Positions 29,692 to 38,396 of a DNA stretch of 64,000 nt are shown here, piece after piece. Source of the DNA: Escherichia phage vB_EcoS_HZ_ZJUN2. The notes beneath the pieces are model-generated. The model was not told where the DNA came from. It did not search any database and was given only the letters and a program-made list of their open reading frames with translations. The position numbers were made by a program, and so were the translations under genes. The stretch is from sequence record PP216084; one strand, given 5' to 3'. Every line of letters starts with the position of its first letter. The stretch's first letter is position 1.

Positions 29692-30167
29692 TGTCGGTTT
29701 TCCACATTTACACAGATGGTGCTTGTAAGTCTAATCCAGGTCCCGGTGCTTGGGGTTTTATTGTCTATGATGATAACGACGATCGTTTAGGTTCTAAATC
29801 TGGTTATAATCCTAAAACTACAAATAATGAGATGGAACTCACGGCTATTGTAGAGGCTCTACGTTGGTCAGTTAAAAAAGATAATAGACCAATTGTTATC
29901 TATACTGATTCTGCTTATTGCAAAAATGGTATGGAAAGCTGGATGTTCTCTTGGCAAAGGAAAGGCTGGAAGAAAGCAGATGGTGAAGTTCCTCTTAATT
30001 TAGAACTTTGGCAGGAAGCATTTAAATTAACACAGCAGTATATCAACTTCCACAATACTAATCCTACCTTTATTAAGGTAAAAGGGCACTCAGGAATTAG
30101 TGGTAATGAAGCTGTAGATGCATTATGTAACACAGTTATTACTGAGCAAGAACTTGCCGAGATGTGA
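29691..30167 (+). CDS. ribonuclease H
   Basis: RNase H1 motif HIYTDGACKSNPGPGAWG and TNNEMELTA; start set to ATG 29691 with RBS GGAGCAAATA. Confidence 0.85.
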   Translation: MSVFHIYTDGACKSNPGPGAWGFIVYDDNDDRLGSKSGYNPKTTNNEMELTAIVEALRWSVKKDNRPIVIYTDSAYCKNGMESWMFSWQRKGWKKADGEVPLNLELWQEAFKLTQQYINFHNTNPTFIKVKGHSGISGNEAVDALCNTVITEQELAEM

Positions 30168-30188
30168 TAAATAAATTAAAAAATTTTC

Positions 30189-30217
30189 TTGCTTAAAGCC
30201 CTCTAATTTAGTATAAT
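30189..30217 (+). promoter_or_regulatory. sigma70-type early promoter
   Basis: -35 TTGCTT / 17 bp / -10 TATAAT. Confidence 0.55.
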
Positions 30218-30244
30218 ATTCGTATTGAAAGTGAGGAGGGCTTT

Positions 30245-30523
30245 ATGCGGATTTATAACTCAAATTCACTAGGATTTAAACCATTGAGAAAACGTGCACA
30301 ATCACCTCGTCAAATAAGAAAGGCTAATATTGGTGAACCAGAAACACGTCTTCCACCCCCTCCAGAACAACGTTTAGTTTATCTGGATGAAGAATTAGCT
30401 GAACGCGAAAGAAAAGCTCAAGAAGAGATTGAGCGTAAGAAAATGTGTACTGCTCCAGCGTATAATAAAGGAGCGTATCAATATGTTTCCGATGCAGAAC
30501 AAGCCAAGATGGTTGGTAGATAA
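30245..30523 (+). CDS. hypothetical protein (92 aa)
   Basis: ORF track; RBS GAGGAGGG. Confidence 0.5.
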   Translation: MRIYNSNSLGFKPLRKRAQSPRQIRKANIGEPETRLPPPPEQRLVYLDEELAERERKAQEEIERKKMCTAPAYNKGAYQYVSDAEQAKMVGR

Positions 30524-30539
30524 TTTTTAAAAAATTCAG

Positions 30540-30568
30540 TTGCTAAACGCTTCAAATTCTCGTATAAT
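30540..30568 (+). promoter_or_regulatory. sigma70-type early promoter
   Basis: -35 TTGCTA / 17 bp / -10 TATAAT + leader ACTTCATAAATTGATAAACAAAAAGGAAAAC. Confidence 0.6.
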
Positions 30569-30606
30569 ATACTTCATAAATTGATAAACAAAAAGGAAAA
30601 CAAATA

Positions 30607-31122
30607 ATGGCTAAGCAAAAAAACGCAAAAACTCAAGCAGCTACTACAGTTAAAACTTTCCCGCAGACTGAGGCTAACCGCAAAGCTCGTCTGGAACGCC
30701 ACCTGCGCAAGCATCCTACTGATGCTCAAGCTGCACAGGCACTGAATCGTCCGGCTCCGATTCGTCAAAAGCCGAAGGCTAAGAATGCTACTCGTTCTGT
30801 AACCCGCCTTGTGACCTATGTACAGGGTTATGGCCACAAATCTGTTCCAGTAACACTGAGTTTCAATGCTGGAGCTGAATTGTTCTCTCGTAATGGCATG
30901 GCCATGAAAGATTATGAGAAAGCAGTTAACCAGAAACGCAAGCCAACGGCAGATCTGCTTCGTGACACTCGTGGACAGTTTGGCTCTGTTAAGCCAAATA
31001 TCTTTGGCGTAGAGTATAGTAAAGATAGTGTTCGTGCTCTGTGTTACGGTGTAGGCATTAAGTTCACTGGTGATTCTGCTCGTAAATCTGCTAAACCAGC
31101 TCGTAAACGTAAAGCGAAGTAA
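30607..31122 (+). CDS. highly basic hypothetical protein (171 aa), possibly nucleic-acid binding
   Basis: ORF track; Lys/Arg-rich termini. Confidence 0.55.
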   Translation: MAKQKNAKTQAATTVKTFPQTEANRKARLERHLRKHPTDAQAAQALNRPAPIRQKPKAKNATRSVTRLVTYVQGYGHKSVPVTLSFNAGAELFSRNGMAMKDYEKAVNQKRKPTADLLRDTRGQFGSVKPNIFGVEYSKDSVRALCYGVGIKFTGDSARKSAKPARKRKAK

Positions 31123-31163
31123 TAGATAGGAGGGGCTTTCGCCCCTCATAGTTTGGAGAAACT

Positions 31164-31400
31164 ATGCGTAATTTTGTAGTAAAGAATGATTTTAACCGTG
31201 CTAGCACCCATAAGTCCGCTAGAGATTATACAAGACTTTCTAGTCATGAGGTAATGGACACCTGTTATGAAGAGCTGGAAGGTAGCTGGAATGAATGGCC
31301 CAACTTCTCTATGGAAGAAAACTGGGATGTCAGTGAGGATATGCTTCCTGGTTTTAAAGACCCCAAGAAGTGGGAGTCTATTAAAGAGACAGCTCTTTAA
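31164..31400 (+). CDS. hypothetical protein (78 aa)
   Basis: ORF track; RBS GGAGAAACT. Confidence 0.5.
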   Translation: MRNFVVKNDFNRASTHKSARDYTRLSSHEVMDTCYEELEGSWNEWPNFSMEENWDVSEDMLPGFKDPKKWESIKETAL

Positions 31401-31428
31401 TAGTTTTCTACACAATAAAGGATAAGTT

Positions 31429-32130
31429 ATGAAAGTAAAACCATTTGGTATGCTAGATATTGAATCTCTAGGAACTCCAGGAGATTGTGGTACTACTCAT
31501 ATCGTAATGCCTTCTTTCGCTTTTGTGGCTATGCATGGGATTGATAAAGACCCTGACTTAGTATTTGCTACTTTGGATGTGCAGGATCAGCTTAATTCTG
31601 GTGCCAAAGTTACAGCATCTACTCTAGCATTCTGGATGGATCAAGCTAAAAATAGCCCGTCTGCTATTCACATTATGGAAGCTATGAAGGAACGTAATCC
31701 AAAACTGATTGCCTTCCAAAATGGTAAACATCATTGCACTAATAAATTAGGCTCAAACTATGCTGCCTTCTCTATGGCTCAAAATATTATGGAGTTGGCT
31801 CTAGGCGAAAATGCTTTGTATTATGGCAATGGCCCAGAGTTTGATATGACTATCTACTCTGCAAACACGTTCCATGCTGGAACCAATGAAGAGGTAGTTC
31901 CGTGGAAATTCTGGAATTTAGGCAATGTTCGATCTCTTCGTAATCTCTGGATGCAAGCTGGTTATAGTTACAAAGATCTAGAGGCTGAAGGTATTAGCTG
32001 GGCAAAAGCTAAAATGGAGAAGATGGACACCATTCGTTATGGGATCTATCCGGTTAAGCACGACCCAGCATTCGATGCCCTAGTTGAGGGCTATTGTGTT
32101 GCAGCTATGATCGAAAAAATGAAAATTTGA
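31429..32130 (+). CDS. hypothetical protein (233 aa), possibly DEDD-type exonuclease
   Basis: ORF track; N-terminal FGMLDIESLG resembles Exo I motif (weak). Confidence 0.45.
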   Translation: MKVKPFGMLDIESLGTPGDCGTTHIVMPSFAFVAMHGIDKDPDLVFATLDVQDQLNSGAKVTASTLAFWMDQAKNSPSAIHIMEAMKERNPKLIAFQNGKHHCTNKLGSNYAAFSMAQNIMELALGENALYYGNGPEFDMTIYSANTFHAGTNEEVVPWKFWNLGNVRSLRNLWMQAGYSYKDLEAEGISWAKAKMEKMDTIRYGIYPVKHDPAFDALVEGYCVAAMIEKMKI

Positions 32131-32131
32131 T

Positions 32132-32160
32132 TTGCTTCCGGCTCCAAAATTCTGTATAAT
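32132..32160 (+). promoter_or_regulatory. sigma70-type early promoter
   Basis: -35 TTGCTT / 17 bp / -10 TATAAT. Confidence 0.55.
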
Positions 32161-32201
32161 ATATTCATAAATTTGAGAAAACAATAAAAGGAAAAACAAA
32201 T

Positions 32202-32384
32202 ATGCCAGTATCTAAAAATGTTCGTAAAAATGGTAAGAAAGCTACTCGTAATCTGGGTATCCGTCGTATGGCTGAACGTCAATCAGGTGTCCAGAAAATC
32301 TTTGATCTGCTAAATCGTGCTAACCCTAAAATTGATAACAATAACGATACTGTTCTGCGCACTCTGCTGGCAATTGGTCTGTAA
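32202..32384 (+). CDS. hypothetical protein (60 aa)
   Basis: ORF track; RBS AAAGGAAAAAC. Confidence 0.5.
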   Translation: MPVSKNVRKNGKKATRNLGIRRMAERQSGVQKIFDLLNRANPKIDNNNDTVLRTLLAIGL

Positions 32385-32437
32385 TAGACCAACTTTAAAC
32401 AAATTCAAATCTCAAACTTCATATAAGGAAGCAAATA

Positions 32438-33076
32438 ATGACTACTCGTATCTCTAAAACTCGCGCTCTGGCAACTATCAAATCTCTGGAAGCTAAAATC
32501 CGTAAAGCTACTGAACAGCAGCTTCTGATCGCTGTTGGCGAAGGTAAGGATAAAAACCAGGTTGTAGTTGGCGCTGCAATCGAAGTAGCTGATCTGTCTA
32601 CTCGTATTAAGGCAGATTTCCAATCTCTCCTGGATATGATGTCCCAGCGTGATCGTATCAAAGCCGCTCTGATTAAGAGCAATGCGGAAACAGTAGTTGA
32701 GATTGGTTCTCGTAAGATGACTGTTGCGGAAGCAATTGAAGCTAAGCGTTCTATGGAACTTAAAGCCCAACTGCTGGCTAATATGCGTAAGCAGTTCCAT
32801 GCCGCTACGGTTAAGTTTAATACGCAGAAAGCACAGTTTGATGCTAAATATGAGCGTTTGCAGGATAGCATGGCTACCCGCGATAAGAAAACTTCCGAAG
32901 ATGAAGTTAAAATGCAGCTCAACCTGCTGGAACTCAAGAATACTCCATTCTTGATTGATCCGCTGGAACTGGAAAAGCTGATTAAGCAGCATGACGAGGA
33001 ATATCAGGACTTTGCAACAAATGTTGACTTTGTTCTGTCCGAGTCTAACGCCTCTACCTTCATTGAAGTAGAGTAA
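32438..33076 (+). CDS. coiled-coil hypothetical protein (212 aa)
   Basis: ORF track; RBS AAGGAAGC; the two antisense ORFs over the same region are rejected. Confidence 0.55.
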   Translation: MTTRISKTRALATIKSLEAKIRKATEQQLLIAVGEGKDKNQVVVGAAIEVADLSTRIKADFQSLLDMMSQRDRIKAALIKSNAETVVEIGSRKMTVAEAIEAKRSMELKAQLLANMRKQFHAATVKFNTQKAQFDAKYERLQDSMATRDKKTSEDEVKMQLNLLELKNTPFLIDPLELEKLIKQHDEEYQDFATNVDFVLSESNASTFIEVE

Positions 33077-33459
33077 TAATTTAAAAGCTAGTAAATCGGT
33101 AGACGAAAGCCCAAGCATCTTACCTCGCAGCAGCGGTTGAAATACGAGGTTAAATAGGACCGCTGACCATACTATAAAGTATAATCTATTGGAGATTATG
33201 TTTATTACACCAGCCTTTTAAGCTGACACGTAAGAACAAAGCGTCGTTGATATTACCGACACAACTTCAAAGATCAACATTTAAGTATGAAAGCTGAAAA
33301 GTTTAAAGAACTCAAACTTCTAAACTTCTAAATCTAAAAGATGCAAAGTATTCGTTGATGATTCAAACCCTAGATCAAAGGTACATGGCTCATAAGATAT
33401 GGCCTGTGGCGCCTCTAGGCTGTTTATCGGTTTACTAGTTTCACAATTTAAAAATGTAT

Positions 33460-33488
33460 TTGCTAATCTACTAAATTATATGTATAAT
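33460..33488 (+). promoter_or_regulatory. sigma70-type early promoter
   Basis: -35 TTGCTA / 17 bp / -10 TATAAT. Confidence 0.55.
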
Positions 33489-33518
33489 ATATTTTTAAAT
33501 TGATGAAACGAGGCTATT

Positions 33519-34342
33519 ATGGGTAAATTACAAAAACAAATACTACCATATATAGATTATATTCGAGAAATTATAGAGTATAATCCTTATACCGGTAAAT
33601 TATTTTATAAGCCTAATAAATACAAGAATAAAACTTGGCACACCCTATATGCTGGGAGAGAGAGATATGTAGTAAGAACTCTGATGGGTATATCAGAGTT
33701 AGTTTGCTCTTAGATAACAAACCCACAATTATTTATGGACACCGAATAGCGTGGTTGCTACATTATGGTGAAGAGCCGCCTCATATGATCGACCATATAA
33801 ATACCATACCGTGGGATAACAGAATTATTAATTTAAGAGAGACAAATTTTAAGTTAAATAGAATTAATACTAATAAAACCATAGGTGTAGAACTCCTCCC
33901 AGAGGGTTTTGTATATAGCATTACATTAGATGGAAAGTTCTTCGTATCTCCTGGCTTCACCACTTTCGAACAAGCTAAAGGGGAAAGAGAAAAACTAGTA
34001 AATGGCTTATGTAACGCAGAAATTGGGAAGCAGACCAATATCCTAATAGACGATGTTAGAAATCTACCTGAAATGTCTATTATTTGTCGTACAGTTGTAT
34101 GTGCGCTAGAATTATCAGACGCGTTTAGTTTCACAGGCTCATACCTATTTATGGACTCAGATCTAGGAGATCCAGAGGTACAAGGAAAAGATTTATTAGA
34201 TCATATACTATTTTTAGGTCAAAGACCTTTAAAAGTGGTTTTAGTAACATCTAACCCCGTTGACGCAGAGTACATGAGAGGTACTCTTACATCTTATGGA
34301 TACAGAGAAAATCCCAATAGATTAGAATATGATCTATTTTAA
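33519..34342 (+). pseudogene. HNH homing endonuclease interrupted by a frameshift
   Basis: ORF 33519-33713 matches the N-terminal module of the paralogs at 4588, 54339 and 57830; ORF 33635-34342 in another frame carries the HNH core HRIAWLLHYGEEPPHMIDHINTIPWDNRIINLRETN. Confidence 0.6.
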
Positions 34343-34354
34343 GGAGTAAAAAGA

Positions 34355-34804
34355 ATGAAGGCAGCTTTGCTTTTAGTAGCTGCCCTTACCGTCAGCTTTA
34401 GTAGTCAGGCATCGCACGATGCAAAAGAAATAGATTGCATTGCTAAAAATATCTATTTCGAAAGTCGTGGTGAGGGCATAAAGGGAATGACGGCGATTGC
34501 ACATGTTACTAAAAACCGTGTAAACTCCGGTAAATTCCCAGATTCCTACTGTAAAGTAGTATATCAGTCTAACCAGTTCTCTTGGGTATCCAAGAGACCA
34601 AAAGTTGATAAAACCGATGAGGCTTGGAAAACCGCCAAGAATTTAGCTAGAGTGATATACTACGTTGATTTACCACAAGATCCTACACATGGGGCTTTAT
34701 ACTTCCATAGCGGTAAAGATAAACCTTACTGGACAAAGAAATTTAAGAAAACAACTAAGATTAAGGGGCATACATTCTATAAACCTGTTGTCACTAAAAC
34801 TTAA
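34355..34804 (+). CDS. secreted SleB-like cell-wall hydrolase (Hydrolase_2-type)
   Basis: Signal peptide MKAALLLVAALTVSFSSQA; motifs NIYFESRGEGIKGMTAIAHVTKNRV and QSNQFSWV typical of SleB-family hydrolases. Confidence 0.6.
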   Translation: MKAALLLVAALTVSFSSQASHDAKEIDCIAKNIYFESRGEGIKGMTAIAHVTKNRVNSGKFPDSYCKVVYQSNQFSWVSKRPKVDKTDEAWKTAKNLARVIYYVDLPQDPTHGALYFHSGKDKPYWTKKFKKTTKIKGHTFYKPVVTKT

Positions 34805-34811
34805 AAATTTA

Positions 34812-34840
34812 CTTGCTTAAATACTTAAATTTCCGTATAA
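34812..34840 (+). promoter_or_regulatory. sigma70-type early promoter
   Basis: -35 TTGCTT / 17 bp / -10 TATAAT. Confidence 0.55.
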
Positions 34841-34872
34841 TACTTCCATAAATTAATGAGAGGAAGCGAAAT

Positions 34873-35043
34873 ATGAAATCAGTTGTAATTATTGGTGTTA
34901 ACACTCGCGGTATTCGTACTACGAAAACTGTTAAAACTTCTAACGTTGCTGAAATCACTATGAACCCTAAAAAGTTTGATTTCGCCAAAGTCTCAGCAGT
35001 TATGACAGAACAATCTTTTAACCAAGCATTAGGAATGAAGTAA
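34873..35043 (+). CDS. small hypothetical protein (about 56 aa)
   Basis: ATG with RBS GAGAGGAAG; stop overlaps next ATG (TAATG); below ORF-track cutoff. Confidence 0.45.
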   Translation: MKSVVIIGVNTRGIRTTKTVKTSNVAEITMNPKKFDFAKVSAVMTEQSFNQALGMK

Positions 35044-35486
35044 TGGAAGAGAATATTTTAGATGTTTTGCGTAGAGCTTTGCAGGATTCTAAGTTTAATG
35101 GTTCTGATAAAGAAGTCGCTAAAAGCTATCAGACCATAATCGGGGATCTTCAGCGTATTGATAAAGATTTCATCACTTCTGAACAATTTGTGTCTTATCT
35201 CAAAGCTCAACTAAAAAGCATTAACCAGATGAAAGCTAAACTTCATGGTCAAGATCTCGATAGTTATAGCTTACAGTCTGCTCAGTATGAGTATATTCTA
35301 AATAAATGGTTGCAGGAGTATCTGCCTCCTCAGTTATCTGATACTGAGATTCGTAAATACTTTGCAGAATTAGTTAAGCTAAACCCTGGAATTACAAAGG
35401 GTATGCTGATGAAAGCGATTAAGGAAGAATTTCCTGGGCGTTATGATGGTGGTACTGCTGCTCAGATTGCTGGCGAATTTAATTAA
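35043..35486 (+). CDS. GatB/YqeY-domain protein
   Basis: C-terminal segment EIRKYFAELVKLNPGITKGMLMKAIKEEFPGRYDGGTAAQIAGE resembles YqeY domain. Confidence 0.5.
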   Translation: MEENILDVLRRALQDSKFNGSDKEVAKSYQTIIGDLQRIDKDFITSEQFVSYLKAQLKSINQMKAKLHGQDLDSYSLQSAQYEYILNKWLQEYLPPQLSDTEIRKYFAELVKLNPGITKGMLMKAIKEEFPGRYDGGTAAQIAGEFN

Positions 35487-35494
35487 AAATTTAT

Positions 35495-35523
35495 TTGCTA
35501 AATGCCTTTAAATTCTGTATAAT
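35495..35523 (+). promoter_or_regulatory. sigma70-type early promoter at head of tRNA region
   Basis: -35 TTGCTA / 17 bp / -10 TATAAT; no ORF follows. Confidence 0.55.
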
Positions 35524-35746
35524 ATATTCATAAATTAGGGAACAGCGAGCCGATTACGCTGAATGCAGAATCCCAACCGGAGCGCATTGAATAGAGTCGG
35601 TGGGTTAGTTGTAAAACTAGTACACAGGGGGCGGCAATCCCGGTTAGTGGCTAGAACGTGTAAAATGAGGCGTCTGAAACCTCTCCCCTAAACTCTTCTC
35701 TAATTTATAAATAGTGGGGTGTGGAAATCACTTATGTAGTAACACT

Positions 35747-35818
35747 GCCGATCTAGTATAAACGGTATTATCAAGCCGTAACTGGTGGAAGATGTAGGTT
35801 CGAATCCTACGATCGGTA
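35747..35818 (+). tRNA. tRNA-like element (anticodon not resolved; no encoded CCA)
   Basis: Canonical T-arm GTAGG-TTCGAAT-CCTAC and 7-bp acceptor pairing GCCGATC/GATCGGT; D and anticodon arms could not be folded cleanly by eye. Confidence 0.35.
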
Positions 35819-35857
35819 AGAACTGGATAACTGGTGCTTTTAACGTAAAAGCTTCCG

Positions 35858-35930
35858 AGGTTAGTTGCGCACTGCCTAAACCACGCGGTAGTTGGTTCCA
35901 GACTAACCAACCAGTCTGCTGAATAGTTTT
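35858..35930 (+). terminator. hairpin + T-run (terminator or processing site)
   Basis: GTTGGTT-CCAGACT-AACCAAC hairpin followed by TTTTATT. Confidence 0.3.
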
Positions 35931-36319
35931 ATTACGATTTAACTATGTCCAGGCTAAAGAAGAACTTTAGAAGGTATTCTAGGTAGTGAAGTTTTTCCTC
36001 CATATCGGAGTAGTTTTTCAAGCTACCAACAAAGTGGGAAATGCTGACATGAGAGATGTCACTAATGGTGCACAATAGCACAGGTAATTCGCGATAACTC
36101 CTGTTGAGTAGCAGCAAAAGGCGGGAAGTCATGACCCCAAGCCTAACCGAGTCCTCAATATACCGCAGGACATAACCACTAAGTCACCCTGACTTAAACT
36201 GGAAAATAATAGACGTTACTGTATTTTGTCTTGAAATACTTAATGAGTGAGACTTATGACTCTCCCGGTATCGTCTGTATTTTTAAGAGTTTTTACGAGA
36301 GTTCTTAAAAATACTTAAA

Positions 36320-36391
36320 CGGGGTGTAGTCTAAGGGAGAGGCAGGAGTCTTCTAAATTCCTTTATGCAGGTTCGAATCCTGTCACCTCGG
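36320..36391 (+). tRNA. tRNA-Arg (anticodon UCU), CCA encoded
   Basis: Manual cloverleaf: acceptor CGGGGTG/CACCTCG, D-stem GTCT/AGGC, anticodon stem GGAGT/ATTCC with loop CTTCTAA, T-arm GCAGG-TTCGAAT-CCTGT, then G-CCA. Confidence 0.6.
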
Positions 36392-36428
36392 CCAATTTTA
36401 TTAACTGTAACTAAAACAAAGGAAATAT

Positions 36429-37376
36429 ATGTTTGCTACTAAAAACACTAAAGAACTGACTTATGAGCAAAAATTGATGCGTAATATCAAACGTTGGGGT
36501 ATTGGTGTTGCAGTTGGTTTGGTAGGTTTAGTTCTGGCCCTTAACTCCTATACTGTGGTTCAAGACGGTACTGTTAAAACCCAGACTTTCCTGGGTAAAG
36601 TTGACCCTAGCCCAGTATTACCAGGCTTTCATATTGTAAATCCTTTTGCTTCTTTCGATACTTTTAGTACTAAAGATATTGCTGTAAAATTAGATAAACT
36701 TCAGGTTCCTAGCCAGGATAAGTTTAAATCCACTGTTGACCTGACTGTTATGTTGCAGTTTGATGGTTCTAAGGCACCGATCAACCGTATTAATGCAGGT
36801 ACTCAGGATCAGGCGTTAGACAAATATGTAACTGAAAAATTACTGTCTACCATCCGTGAGTTTGGTAAGTCTGTACCTAAAGCACAAGATTTGTTTGATG
36901 CTAAAATTCAAGCACAATTACAAACTGCAATTCAACAGGAAGTTGAAGAGTATGCACGCCCTTATGGTTACACAGTTAAGCAAGTGTTCCTTCAGGATAT
37001 CACATTACCACCGGTAATTATGGAACAGGTACAGAATACCAAAGTTCGTGAAGAACAAGTTAATGCTGCGAAAGCTGAATTGGCTCGTGTTGAACAAGAA
37101 GCACAGCAGAAGGTTAAACAAGCAGAAGCAGATCGTGAAGCTCGTAACAACCAAGCTATTGCAAACGAACGTGATGCAGATGCTAAACTGTATGCAGCTA
37201 AGAAAGAAGCCGAAGCTAACGCCGCTCTGCAACGTACTATTACTCCTGAGATGATTCGCTGGAAACAACTAGAAGTTGAAATGACTCGTGCTCAGAAGTA
37301 TCAAGGTGGTGTGCCGCAAACAGTAGTTGGCACTGGGTACGATGGCCGGATGATTATGGATATGCGTAACAAGTAA
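36429..37376 (+). CDS. SPFH/band-7 (prohibitin/HflK-like) membrane protein
   Basis: N-terminal TM helix (WGIGVAVGLVGLVLAL), SPFH-like core, long charged coiled-coil C-terminal region (EQEAQQKVKQAEADREARNNQAIANERDADAKLYAAKKEAEANA). Confidence 0.65.
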   Translation: MFATKNTKELTYEQKLMRNIKRWGIGVAVGLVGLVLALNSYTVVQDGTVKTQTFLGKVDPSPVLPGFHIVNPFASFDTFSTKDIAVKLDKLQVPSQDKFKSTVDLTVMLQFDGSKAPINRINAGTQDQALDKYVTEKLLSTIREFGKSVPKAQDLFDAKIQAQLQTAIQQEVEEYARPYGYTVKQVFLQDITLPPVIMEQVQNTKVREEQVNAAKAELARVEQEAQQKVKQAEADREARNNQAIANERDADAKLYAAKKEAEANAALQRTITPEMIRWKQLEVEMTRAQKYQGGVPQTVVGTGYDGRMIMDMRNK

Positions 37377-37400
37377 TTCCCACACGTAATATTCGAAGTA

Positions 37401-37440
37401 AGCCCTGTGTTCCCTGGAGAGCGCAGGGCTTTTCTGTTTT
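37401..37440 (+). terminator. rho-independent terminator
   Basis: AGCCCTG...CGCAGGGCT hairpin + TTTCTGTTTT. Confidence 0.6.
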
Positions 37441-37602
37441 AAGGTAGAGGATAAGTGTGTCTCTTTGGTCACTCAGCTATGACAAATACTTTACACTATA
37501 TCACATTGAAAATCAAGTGGGGATAACAATTTTGGGGTCTATCCACTTACCTGCTACCATTAAGCATCCTGTTATTTTCCTCTAAAAAGTTAAAAAATTC
37601 AA

Positions 37603-37631
37603 TTGCTTGAATGCTAAATTCTCTGTATAAT
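37603..37631 (+). promoter_or_regulatory. sigma70-type early promoter
   Basis: -35 TTGCTT / 17 bp / -10 TATAAT. Confidence 0.55.
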
Positions 37632-37661
37632 ATATTTATAAATTTGAGAGAGGAATCTAGT

Positions 37662-38180
37662 ATGACTGTTGATGAACTAACAGAACATCTCTTATCTAGA
37701 GGGTTTGATACAGATAAGTATCATTGCTGGTTAAGCCAGGAAGGATGGCTAACAGTCCCGTTGTATGACTTCTCTGGGATGTTGAGAGGCTATCAAACTT
37801 ATAATCCTTCTGCTCCAAAAGGTCATGGTAAGTGTCCCTTTGAAGCTAAATATTTTACTTATTCTACTACCCAGTGTGTATGGGGATTAGAAACTCTCAA
37901 TGGAGATGAAAAAGTAGTATTGATTGCTGAATCTGTATTTAAGGCAGTTGCGTTACATAACGCTGGTTATCCAGCCCTGGCAATGTTGGGTTCTTCCCCC
38001 GGAAAAGCATTATTAAAGCAATTGAAATTATTACCTTTTAAATTGGTAGCTGTAGGAGATAATGATCCTGCGGGTGAAAAATTTGCTAGAAAATTAAACG
38101 GCTTTGTTTCTCCTGTAGATGTAGATGAGATGTCTACCGAAAACTTGAAAAATTTTCTTGCTATGAAGCTAAATTTCTAA
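37662..38180 (+). CDS. TOPRIM-domain protein (about 172 aa)
   Basis: Track ORF 37611-38180 trimmed to ATG 37662 downstream of the promoter; TOPRIM-like VVLIAESVFKA...LVAVGDNDPAGEKFA. Confidence 0.55.
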   Translation: MTVDELTEHLLSRGFDTDKYHCWLSQEGWLTVPLYDFSGMLRGYQTYNPSAPKGHGKCPFEAKYFTYSTTQCVWGLETLNGDEKVVLIAESVFKAVALHNAGYPALAMLGSSPGKALLKQLKLLPFKLVAVGDNDPAGEKFARKLNGFVSPVDVDEMSTENLKNFLAMKLNF

Positions 38181-38186
38181 TATAAT
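38158..38186 (+). promoter_or_regulatory. sigma70-type promoter overlapping the 3' end of the TOPRIM gene
   Basis: -35 TTGCTA / 17 bp / -10 TATAAT; drives the two following tRNAs. Confidence 0.5.
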
Positions 38187-38200
38187 ATATTTATAAATTC

Positions 38201-38286
38201 GGAAGAATAGCATAACGGTATTGCAGCAGATTGCTAATCTGTCGGTTTGAAATATAGCCTTGTGGGTTCGATTCCCACTTCTTCCG
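38201..38286 (+). tRNA. tRNA-Ser (anticodon GCU), class II, CCA encoded
   Basis: Acceptor GGAAGAA/TTCTTCC, anticodon stem GCAGA/TCTGT with loop TTGCTAA, long variable arm, T-arm GTGGG-TTCGATT-CCCAC, G-CCA. Confidence 0.65.
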
Positions 38287-38295
38287 CCAAATTCT

Positions 38296-38370
38296 GGTTC
38301 TCAAGCTCATATGGTATGAGCACCCAGCTCATAACTGGAAGGTACGTAGGTTCGAATCCTCGGGGAGCCA
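38296..38370 (+). tRNA. tRNA with anticodon CAU (Met/fMet/Ile2 not distinguished)
   Basis: Acceptor GGTTCTC/GGGAGCC, D-arm GCTC-ATATGGTAT-GAGC, anticodon loop CTCATAA, TTCGAAT T-loop with imperfect T-stem, A-CCA. Confidence 0.5.
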
Positions 38371-38396
38371 CCAACTTAATTAGAAAGTAGTAAACT

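Noticed and set aside
30574-31149. Minus-strand 191-aa ORF
   Set aside because: Antisense to plus-strand ORF 30607-31122, which has a canonical promoter, RBS and terminator; the region is uniformly plus-strand transcribed.
32405-33118. Minus-strand ORFs 32405-33118 and 32419-32937, and plus-strand 32724-32954
   Set aside because: Overlap the plus-strand coiled-coil gene 32438-33076 that has its own RBS; alternate-frame artefacts of a codon-biased region.
33635-34342. Treating 33635-34342 as an independent intact HNH gene
   Set aside because: Its N-terminal ~25 codons overlap and duplicate in another frame the C-terminal part of ORF 33519-33713; paralog comparison indicates one gene with a frameshift.
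35728-36132. Minus-strand ORFs 35728-35910 and 35932-36132
   Set aside because: Lie over the tRNA-like element and untranslated spacer; no minus-strand promoter or RBS in a block that is entirely plus-strand transcribed.
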